From the NCBI GenBank assembly GCA_965237675.1, contig OZ250150.1, positions 3,104,001-3,168,000 of the forward strand: a stretch of 64,000 nucleotides of DNA, given 5' to 3'. Source of the stretch: Candidatus Latescibacterota bacterium (GTDB lineage Bacteria > Latescibacterota > UBA2968 > GCA-2709665). The notes beneath the pieces were generated by a model. That model ran no database searches and had not been told where the DNA came from. It saw only the letters and a program-made list of their open reading frames with translations. This document shows, in pieces, positions 9,830 to 19,700 of this stretch. Made by a program: the position numbers and the translations under genes. Each line of letters starts with the position of its first letter. The stretch's first letter is position 1.

Positions 9830-9945
9830 GGTTTATCTCCTCAAGACTCCAGCATGAATGTGCTCGACGAAGAATGCAGGGTCTTACCGGCGGCTTCGAG
9901 CGCGAAAAGTATGAAAAAAAAGTCACCAAAACAAGAAGTTTCTTC

Positions 9946-9974
9946 TTGAATACTGAACAAATGTTCAGTATATT
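9946..9974 (+). promoter_or_regulatory. Sigma70 promoter overlapped by a 20-bp palindromic operator (LexA-like)
   Basis: TTGAAT-17 bp-TATATT; palindrome TACTGAACA-AA-TGTTCAGTA at 9951-9970. Confidence 0.7.
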
Positions 9975-10060
9975 TTCTGTGCTGAAGTGCAATACATTGT
10001 TCCTTGGCGTGTGATTGATTCGCAATCGGTCGGGTTACTTCAGTTCACGGAGGTCGGTTC

Positions 10061-10921
10061 ATGTCTGTTGAAACTTCTGCATGTCGTCTCACGGCTGAAG
10101 ACAGGTCGCTGGTATATTATTACAGAGAGGTCGATCGACACCCGCGGATCGATTCGGAAGAAGAACGGGTTCTCGCAGCCAGAATTGAAGCGGGGGACGA
10201 CGAGGCGCTCGAGGCGCTGGTAAATGCCAACCTTCGGTTTGTCATACATATTGCCAGGGGGTTCCGAAATCAGGGTCTGCCGATGGGAGATCTCATCAAT
10301 GAGGGCAATTGCGGGTTGTTGACCGCTGCTCGTAAGTTTGATGGGCGCAAGGGTTTCAGATTCATTACCTACGCCGTCTGGTGGATTCGGCAGCATATAC
10401 TCAAGGCACTGGACGTACAAACCCGTTCTATCCGGTTACCCGCCAGTGTGTTGAACGATCTAGGCCGCCTGCGTAAGACTGAAGATCGACTTATGCAGCA
10501 CCTGGAGCGGGGTCCAGCGCGGGAGGAAATCGCCGCTGAGTCCGGTTTGCCGGTTAAAAGGCTGAATCGCTGTCTGGATGCCGCCGCAAACGCCATTTCG
10601 CTGGACACCACACCTGCTGACGACCGCGACAGCCTCAGGCTTGCGGAGACACTGGAAGACCGACGCGCCGTTCCTGCGGACGAGGTGTTTGATAGGCACT
10701 GCAGAATCCATGCCGTAGAAAAGTCACTGGATGGCCTTTCCGAACGGCACCGGAAGATCCTGACGCTTTATTTCGGGATGCACGGCGACGAACCGGCAAC
10801 GTACCAGGAAATCGGGCGCCGGTTGGGTATCAGCCGGGAGCGGGTGAGGCAGCTGAAAGAGGATGCTTTCGGAAAGTTGAGGCAGCCTTCGGTGCGGCGG
10901 CGGCTGGAGGGACATCTATAG
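10061..10921 (+). CDS. RNA polymerase sigma factor, RpoD/SigA family without region 1.1 (alternative sigma)
   Basis: ANLRFVIHIA, DLINEGNCGL, FRFITYAVWWIRQ, region 4 EIG...ISRERVRQ. Confidence 0.95.
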   Translation: MSVETSACRLTAEDRSLVYYYREVDRHPRIDSEEERVLAARIEAGDDEALEALVNANLRFVIHIARGFRNQGLPMGDLINEGNCGLLTAARKFDGRKGFRFITYAVWWIRQHILKALDVQTRSIRLPASVLNDLGRLRKTEDRLMQHLERGPAREEIAAESGLPVKRLNRCLDAAANAISLDTTPADDRDSLRLAETLEDRRAVPADEVFDRHCRIHAVEKSLDGLSERHRKILTLYFGMHGDEPATYQEIGRRLGISRERVRQLKEDAFGKLRQPSVRRRLEGHL

Positions 10922-10962
10922 AGTCGTCTCGGGACGGGATCCCGGGTTTGATGTCCACATGA

Positions 10963-10996
10963 ACGGGCCTGGAAAGTCCTCCGGCCCGTCTTTTTT
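10963..10996 (+). terminator. Intrinsic terminator after the sigma gene
   Basis: ACGGGCC...GGCCCGT followed by a T-tract. Confidence 0.65.
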
Positions 10997-11138
10997 CTGA
11001 CGTGTAAATCAAGAAAAAAAACAACCGTTCCATACATCGACCCCGTTTTCCGGACGTTTGTTCTTGACGAATCACGGGAAATGCTTCAATTTATATTCAA
11101 TTCGTCCGCATTCCACAGTTTCGCGAGGCCGTTAGTCT

Positions 11139-11924
11139 GTGTCAGTCATTATTTTTGCGATTCTCGGTGCCCTGGTCTTGATATGGGGCGGGATTGTTGC
11201 ACTGATCTATTGGGTGAAACCGTTGTCGCAGAATCACCTGCTGGGTTTTGGCGGTTATGTAAGCGTCGTGTCATGCGTGATGATTCTCCTTGTGATTCAG
11301 ACGGCCCTCCAACAGCAGGACGTGGCGATGAAAGATACACGCGAGCGTTTGGACAGGACGGTCGAGACGTTCCGCGAGAAGCTGGATGAGCAGGGTGCGA
11401 AACTGCTGGACCGAACCATGGAGAAGGCGGATCTGACCAAGTCGGAATGGGAAGTGCGCGCAGACTTGCAGGAGGAGCAGTCCCGGCTTGTGCGTACAAA
11501 AGCGGACCTCCAGGAAACGCGGAATCGGCTGCGGGACACGAAGGCGGAACTCACAAAAGAGACGAACGCCCACAGCGCCTATGCGGACAGCTTGAATACG
11601 GAACGCGCACTGAGGCGGGATTCGCTGACGCGCCTGGCTCAGGAAGAGGCACGTCACAAGACGACTTTTAGAGATCTCGCCCGTACGCGGGAAAGGCTCG
11701 CGGGCGCAGAGGCGCGCGCGGACCAGCGCAAAAGCGAATTGGGTCTGCTGCGGGCATCGTTGCAACGCGCGGAGAAGCGCGTGGAGGCGGCGCTGAGGAA
11801 TGCGTCTTCCGCACAGAATGAAATCAGCACAATGCTGATCCGGCAGCTTGAGGATGTGAACACCCTGCAGGCTGCCGTGGACTCCATCTACGTTAAGGTG
11901 ATGAAACGCCCGCGGAATCCGTAA
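11139..11924 (+). CDS. Membrane protein (2 TM) with long coiled coil, hypothetical
   Basis: Two hydrophobic N-terminal helices, then an E/R/K/L heptad-rich region. Confidence 0.75.
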   Translation: MSVIIFAILGALVLIWGGIVALIYWVKPLSQNHLLGFGGYVSVVSCVMILLVIQTALQQQDVAMKDTRERLDRTVETFREKLDEQGAKLLDRTMEKADLTKSEWEVRADLQEEQSRLVRTKADLQETRNRLRDTKAELTKETNAHSAYADSLNTERALRRDSLTRLAQEEARHKTTFRDLARTRERLAGAEARADQRKSELGLLRASLQRAEKRVEAALRNASSAQNEISTMLIRQLEDVNTLQAAVDSIYVKVMKRPRNP

Positions 11925-12020
11925 CCCGAAACGGGGCGGAAAGTTACGCCGCTCCGGGTATCACCCACACACACCATCGCGGTTCACCCGGCGTGAATCC
12001 GCGCACTTCGGAGGCTGCTC

Positions 12021-12884
12021 GTGAACAAAGAACCCGGTTCATCCGGTCATAAGGTGGGTATCGTTATTGTTGTCGGCTTTCTGGCGGCAATTCTGGTTGC
12101 TCTCCTGTTGACGATCTGGAAGCCCGAGACGGTTCCGGAGGTCGATCCTAAGGTCGTTCAGCTGGAAAGCGATATTGCGCTTTATACGGGCCAGATCGAT
12201 TCGCTGAATGCATTGGTGGATGAAATGGATTCCCGGATCAATGCGATGCGCGCTCATGTGGATAGCGCGAAGGTGTCCAACCGGAAGCTCCTGACGTCGC
12301 TGCACAGGGTGACGAGTGAAATGAGAGAGTATCAGGCGCTCTACCGGAAACAGCAGGCGATGAACGAAAAACTGGTTGCGGAGCTAAAACAGATGAGAGG
12401 CGAGAAAGAGGAGGCTACCGCAGCCGTCCGGGAGTTGAAGGTCGAAGTCGATACCCTGAACAAATTACTGCACGACAAGACAACCCGTCTGATGAGGCTG
12501 GAATCCAGCCTTAAAGAGGCCGTTGAGCAGGCTCAGACCATGCAGGAAACCGCGACCTCCGTGCTGGTCTACATTGGTACCGAAGACACGCTGAAACAGG
12601 TGGGTTATCTGAAAACGAAGCGGGGACTGACAATCAGGAAGAATTACAAACTCGTCGGCTTTCCCGACGTTACCGACGAGCAAAGCCTGGATACGATCAG
12701 AAGGGTCTCTATAGGCGAAACGTTCGCGGTTCCGGGCGAACTGGCGGCGCTTTGCGACCGGCACGGGAAGCTCAGCAAACGAAATGAATATCGGGCCAGC
12801 AGAGGTCCTGAGGGAAAAACGATGATCACATTCTGGGATTCAACGCTGATCGGCCAGCGCGTGCTGGCGGTGCTTAAGGAGTAA
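12021..12884 (+). CDS. Single-pass membrane coiled-coil protein, hypothetical
   Basis: GGAGG RBS + GTG; one TM, coiled coil, C-terminal VYIGT..L globular domain. Confidence 0.8.
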   Translation: MNKEPGSSGHKVGIVIVVGFLAAILVALLLTIWKPETVPEVDPKVVQLESDIALYTGQIDSLNALVDEMDSRINAMRAHVDSAKVSNRKLLTSLHRVTSEMREYQALYRKQQAMNEKLVAELKQMRGEKEEATAAVRELKVEVDTLNKLLHDKTTRLMRLESSLKEAVEQAQTMQETATSVLVYIGTEDTLKQVGYLKTKRGLTIRKNYKLVGFPDVTDEQSLDTIRRVSIGETFAVPGELAALCDRHGKLSKRNEYRASRGPEGKTMITFWDSTLIGQRVLAVLKE

Positions 12885-12910
12885 TAGGCGCAGGAACCTG
12901 AGGTTCATAC

Positions 12911-12945
12911 AAGCCGGCTGTCCAGTGTGATAGCCGGTTTTTTTT
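12911..12945 (+). terminator. Intrinsic terminator
   Basis: AAGCCGGCTGT...ATAGCCGGTT then a T-tract. Confidence 0.7.
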
Positions 12946-13747
12946 GTGCTCCAGGCATGGCGCGAAGCGGCGACTGAAGTGGAACGGCGCTGGACGCGGA
13001 AGCCGGGCGCCGGACGGCCGCGTCAGGACTTTTAACAAGGAGTGGCAGGATGCCTGTATCTTCGGGTCCGTGTGTCGGTAGCAGGAATTGTGAGCCTACC
13101 CGTAAAGTGCCGGCGATACGGTATTCAGACGACCAATTTCGGGAACCACTTATGGGTCTGCAGTCACAACCACTGAAGCACATCGCTGGCAGCCCTTGTC
13201 GCAAAATGCGACACTGTGCACGGGGCCGTCGAACTGTGTCCACGTCGGCGACGGCGCGGTCTCGGCAGTTACAGCCCGACCGCAACTGGAAACGCGTGTG
13301 GGCGGTGATGGACCTCCGGGTCACTGTTCAAGAATTGCAGCTTGACAGGCTGCCGCCAAGGGTTTACGTTACCCGTGATATTACGTTTCTATACTTTATA
13401 TTTTGGTTATAATATCAACATTTGGCCAGTTGGCGGCGGCGGCGCCGATCTTCCAGGGTCCTCGAAAAGCCTCAACGCCATCAGTATTCATGGGAGGGCA
13501 CGTGGCCTCGTCGACCTACCGTGTTCCCACGTCGCCAGTTGGAGGAACAATTGTAGCGGTGCGTTACAGGAATGGCAACCCGACAACACGATGGTGGAGA
13601 ATCCGGACTACCGTTGCGACCACACTTTCGTAGTAAACCACGCATTCGAATGGGGGTATGACTGTGGGACGTATGGCATATAAATCGTTCGTCGCCGGAT
13701 TGGCGAGTCTCGGCCGTATACGCGGTATCGTGGGCGGCTTGCCATTT

Positions 13748-16700
13748 ATGCACAATTCATCGTACCTGGCGGTATTGTTGATTGCGATGATTTCCCCACC
13801 CGTGTTTGCGCAGGACGTGTTGCCGCCGTCGAACCTCGCCGCGTCCGTGGGTGACAGTATGGTGACGCTGACGTGGGACGAGCCGGCGGCTCTTGCGGTG
13901 ACGGGGTTTGAAGTCCGCTATGGGGAAAGCGACGCTGTTCTGCCGGAGGATTGGACCGATATCGATTGGAAGAAGAAGGTCGGTACCGACACGGTCACGC
14001 ACCCGGTAACGGGCCTGACGAACGGTAGGGAGCATACGTTCGAGGTGCGCGCGTTTACCGCGGATGGACGGGGCCAGGCGGCCAGGGTGACGGCGACGCC
14101 GGTGTCGCCGCCCGTGGCGCCGGAGGGTCTGAGAGCGTCGGCGGGTGCGGGGACGGTGCTGCTGGCATGGGACGATCCGTATGACGACACCATCACGGCG
14201 TATGAAACGCGCTACGGCGAGAGCAGGACGCTTGCTTTTTCGGGATGGATCGAGGGTTGGACGGAAATCTATGGCAGCGATGCCGGCACGACGTCCCTTG
14301 AGGTGAGGGATCTGGCGAATTGGGTCGAGCATACGTTCGAGGTGCGCGCGAAGAACGCGGCCGGCGCGGGCGATTCGAGCCGTGTGACGTTTGTGCTGGG
14401 GCCGGCGCCCTCGAACCTTGCGGCGTCGGCGGGTGACAGTATGGTGACGCTGACGTGGGACGAGCCGACGGCTCTTGCGGTGACGGGGTTTGAAGTCCGC
14501 TATGGCGAGAGCGACGCTGTCCTGCCGGAGGATTGGACCGATATCGATTGGAAGAAGAAGGTCGGTACCGACACGGTCACGCACCCGGTAACGGGCCTGA
14601 CGAACGGTAGGGAGCATACGTTCGAGGTGCGCGCGTTTACCGCGGATGGACGGGGCCAGGCGGCCAGGGTGACGGCGACGCCGGTGTCGCCGCCCGTGGC
14701 GCCGGAGGGTCTGAGAGCGTCGGCGGGTGCGGGGACGGTGCTGCTGGCATGGGACGATCCGTATGACAACACCATCACGGCGTATGAAACGCGCTACGGC
14801 GAGAGCAGTACGCTTGCTTTTTCGGGATGGATCGAGGGTTGGACGGAAATCTATGGCAGCGATGCCGGCACGACGTCCCTTGAGGTGAGCGGCCCGGCGA
14901 ATTGGGTCGAGCATACGTTCGAGGTGCGCGCGAAGAACGCGGCCGGCGCGGGCGATTCGAGCCGTGTGACGTTTGTGCTGGGGCCGGCGCCCTCGAACCT
15001 TGCGGCGTCGGCGGGTGACAGTATGGTGACGCTGACGTGGGACGAGCCGACGGCTCTTGCGGTGACGGGGTTTGAAGTCCGCTATGGGGAAAGCGACGCT
15101 GTCCTGCCGGAGGATTGGACCGATATCGGATGGCAGAACCGGCCCCTTACCGACACGGTCACGCACGAGGTGAGTGGTCTGACGAACGGGATCGAGCATA
15201 CGTTCGAGGTGCGTGCGTTCACCGCCGACGGCCGTGGCCAATCGGCCAGGGTGACGGTGAGGATGCCGCCTGCGGCGCTGCGTGACCTCACGGGTGCGGC
15301 GGGCCCCGCTGACGTGACGCTGACGTGGGCCGATCCGGAGGACGCTTCAATCACGGGATACCAGGTCCGGTATGGGGCAAGCGGCACGGCACTGCCCGAT
15401 TGGAGCGCCGATGAAGTGGTTGAGAAAGATGCGGGCGTGACGACCCACACGGTGAGGGGCTTGACGATCGATACACAATACAGGTTCGAGGTGCGCGCGC
15501 AAGCAGGGACGGCTTACGGGGAGGCGACCGCCGTGACGGTGACGACGGAGGCGGCGACGCCGACGAACCTGAGGGCCACGGTGGCGTCTGGCGACGTGGT
15601 CCTGACGTGGGACGCGCCCGCCGCATCGGTTACGGGATACCAGATCCTGCGGCGTGTGGTAAGGAGCGGTTACTCGAGAGAATTCCGCGTCATCGCCACG
15701 ACGGGCCGTGCCGCAACGACGTATGAAGACGAGAGCGTCGGGTTTGGCTGGAGGTATACCTATCGTGTGAAGGCGATGTACGGCGAGGTTCTGAGCCAGG
15801 GGTCCAGGTTGGCACGGGCCTACGTGCCGGAGCCGCCGGCCGCGCCCGAAGGCCTGGCGGCCAGGGAAGGCGACGGGACGGTGGTGCTGACGTGGGATGA
15901 TCCCCGTGACGACACGTTGACGGGATACCAGGTCCGTTATGAGGAAAGCGGTACGAGACTGCCAACATGGAGCGGTGATCATGACATTGAAAGCGATGCG
16001 GCCACGACGACCCACGAGGTGGGGGGCCTGACGAACGGGAACGAGTATACGTTCGAGGTGCGCCCGCGCAATGCGGCGGGATACTACGGATCGTCGAGGG
16101 TGACGGCGACGCCGCGGCCGGCGCCTGCGGCGCCTGACAGCCTGGCGGCCATGGCAGGCGACGGGACGGTGGTGCTGACGTGGGCCGACCCGGAGGACGC
16201 GTCCATCACGGGATACCAGGTTCGTTATGGACAAAGCCGTACGGCGCTGCCTGCTTGGAGCGGTGATCATGACGTTGAAAGCAATGCGAGCACGACGAGA
16301 CACACGGTGCGTGCCGTGGCGAAAGGGGTGGAGTACAGGTTCGAGGTGCGCGCCAGGAGGGCTTCGGCCTACGGCGCATCGTCTGGCGTCACGGCCAGGC
16401 TGCCGCTGCCGGCGCCGGAAGGGCTATCGGCAACCCCGGGTGACGGGCAGGTGACGCTGTCGTGGCGCGATCCACAAAACCCGTATATCACCCGGTACCA
16501 GGTGCGGTGGGCGGCAGGATCCGCCGCCCTGCCGCAGTGGAGCGATGATCACACCATTGACGACAGCGGCGCGGCAACGACGACCCATACGGTGGAGGAT
16601 CTGACGAACGGCAGGAAATATACGTTCGAGGTGCGCGCGCGGGTGGACGACGTGTCCGGCGCGTCGGCCCCTTCGATGGCGACCCTGCCGCCACCTGCGC

Positions 16701-19700
16701 CTGCCGACCTGGAGGCGACACCGGGTGACGGACGGGTGGCGTTGACGTGGACCGATCCGGAAAACGACGCGATCACCGGGTATCAGATCCGTTACAGTGA
16801 TACGGACGTGGAGCAAGCGCCCTGGACGGTTATAGCCGGGAGTGGCGCCGCCACGACGCGTCACACCGTGCCCGATCTGGCCAACGGGAGGGTGTATACG
16901 ATCGAGGTGCGTGCGCACGTCGGAACCGGTGCGGGCGATGCCGCCAGGGTGACGGTGCCGCTGCTGCCGCTGCCGGGGGCGCCGCGCAACCTCCGCGCGG
17001 CGCTGGACGATGGCAACGTGGAACTGACCTGGGATCCGCCCGTCGTGCATGTTGAATCGGTCAGGTCATACAGGATCGCCTATTGGTACGCCGGGCGGTC
17101 CGGGACGATCGGCACCCCAACGGCCGTCACCCGATGGGAGTACGTCGTGTACGGCGGGGAGGGAATAGTACGGTATACCTTCAAGGTACGCGCCGTGAGT
17201 AACGAAGGGTTCGGCGACTGGTCCGAAAACGTCACGATCGAGGTCGACACGGGTGGGTCAATTGATCCTCTGCCCCCGCCCGCCAATCTCGCGGCGACGG
17301 CCGGTGTCGGACAGGTGCTGCTGGCGTGGACGGATCCGGACGACGACACCATCACCGGGTATCAGGTCCGTTATAGCGATCGGGGCGCGGCCTTGCCGGC
17401 GTGGAGCGATCGTCACAACATAACAAGCACTGCAAGTACGACCAGCCACCCTGTGACGGGTCTTACCGACGGGACGGCGTATACGTTCCAGGTGCGGGCG
17501 AAGAAGGGTGACGTCGCCGGCGCCTCTGCCAGCGTGACGCAGCCTGCCGCGCCGGGCAATCTGGGCGCGTCGGCAGGTGACGCGTCCGCCACGCTGTCGT
17601 GGGCCAATCCGCAGGACGCCGCCATCGTCGGGTACCAGGTGCGGTGGGCCGAAGCCGGCGCGGCGCTGCCCGCGTGGGGCGACATCGGCGGGAGCGGCGC
17701 GGCCACCACCAGTCACGCCGTGACGGGTGTGACGCACACCACGGCGTATACGTTCCATGTGCGGGCGAAGACGGCAGACGCTGACGGCGCCTATGCCGGC
17801 GTGACGCAGCCTGCCCCGCCGGGGGCGCTGACCGCGTCGGTAGGCGACGGGTCCGTGACGCTGTCGTGGGATGACCCGCAAAACGTCGCCGTCACAGGTT
17901 ACCAATACCGGTATCGGGTGGGCGGGGGGAGTTTCACCGTGTGGACCGGCTTTACGCAGGGCGGCGGCGCTGCGACGAGCGGAACGATTGGCGGCCTGAC
18001 CAACGGCAGCAGGCATACGTTCGAGGTGCGTGCGAAAGCCGGCAACGTCGACGGCGCGGCGGCAAGCCTGATCACGATACCGGGGCCGCCCGCACCGCCG
18101 GCCAACCTGAGGGCAGGCGCGGGGAACGGGTCGGTGACACTGACGTGGAACGACCCGAACAACGACACTATCGACGGGTACCATGTGCGCTATGGCCGTA
18201 GCAACGTGAACCTGCCGGACTGGAGCGACGATCACAACGTTGACAACAGCGGCCCGACCACGACGCGTCACCGTGTGTCGGGACTGACGAACGGGAGGGC
18301 GTATACCTTTGACGTGCGGGCATACAACGAGGTAGGCGTGGGCGTATCCGACAGCGTGGTGGCTACGCCCACTGTGCCGCCGTGTGAGACGCTCACCATC
18401 GACGCGATCAACGACGTGAAAGTGTCCGTGAATCAGAGCTTCTCGCGAACCGCCCGTGCGAGAGGGGGATGTGCGCCAATAACAATTACAATGTCTGGCG
18501 CACCGTCGGGCGTGACAATCGAATCCGGCACCGGACGCAGCAAGACCATCAGCAGTTCGGGTCTCTCTCCGGAGGGTACCCACACCGTGACGGTGACGGC
18601 CAGGGACGGCCGAGGGACTACCGCCACAGAGCCGTTCGATATCATAGTCGATTGTCCGTCGATTTCAGTCTCGCAGAGCCCGGCCAACCCGAAGGTGGCG
18701 GTTGGCGACTCGGTGATCGTGACGGCGAGTGCGTCAGGGGGGTGTGGGTCCCATACGTTCTCTGATCCAAGTGGGCTGTCGTGGGTAACGAAGAAAGATG
18801 AGAGTGACAACCAGTACATCGTGGCGCCGACGGTTGGCACGCCGACCGGACCCCATTATTTCAATGTGATTGCAAGGGACGACCACGACAATACCGGCAC
18901 GGGACGTCTCAAAGTTACGGTTATTCCGCCGTCGCCGCCAGAATGTTCGGCGATCGTGGTCTCGATAGCACCGTCGTCCGTGACGGTGAAGGCCGGCGGT
19001 ACCAAGACAGCGACGGCCAGCGCAGAAGCGGATTGTCCTCCGATAACATTCGGGAAGAAGCCTCCCAGCGGGCCTCCTACGTGGGTGACGGTCACCTCGA
19101 CTGGTGGCATCACCATTAATCCCCCCGCAACGGCGGCAGGCGGTCACACGGCCGTGGTGACGGCCACGGACAACCAACAAAATACCGCCGACAAAGATCT
19201 GCCGATCACGGTCTGTGAGCCGGTTGCGATCGGTTCGATTTCCACTCAGACGGTGCCGCAGGGTGGTACGAAGACGGTTTCGGTGACTGCGTCAGGGGGC
19301 TGTGGTACCATAAATATGAGTCACTCGTCCCCGGATTGGGTGGGAATGGTAAGTACCGGAGGCAGCGGGACCATCACCATATCGCCACCAAGAGGTACGC
19401 CCACGCGTGATTACACCGCCACAGTAACGGCGAGGGACTCGGACCTTCCAGAGGAGAATAAGGCTGAGACGAGTTTCAAAATTAAGGTAGTGGCTCCTCC
19501 AGTACGTCCTTGCGATGTTACCGTTGGCGGGCTTCCATCTGGTACGGTGACGGCGACGGTGTGCGAGCCCATCGAGTCTATTACTGCGGTGGCCTCTGGC
19601 GATTGTCCTCCGTATACATTTAGGATAATGGGCGGGCCGGCTGGTGTCAGCATCGGCGATTCGAGCGGGGTCATCAGCGGCAAACCCACACAGACCGGCG

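Noticed and set aside
12950-13740. Long intergenic region with short ORFs, possible riboswitch
   Set aside because: Only promoter-like elements are visible (TTGACA-17-TACGTT at 13342; TATAAT near 13407); no recognisable aptamer or credible protein.
13757-15241. 494-aa repetitive minus-strand ORF, plus other long antisense ORFs (21539-23002, 38696-40111, 40932-42443, 44082-45674)
   Set aside because: Mirror frames of real genes, with Arg/His-rich nonsense composition caused by codon bias.
13829-15258. Near-identical repeats as a possible DGR template/variable pair
   Set aside because: Differences are not adenine-specific, all copies are in-frame tandem domains, and there is no intact RT in the window.
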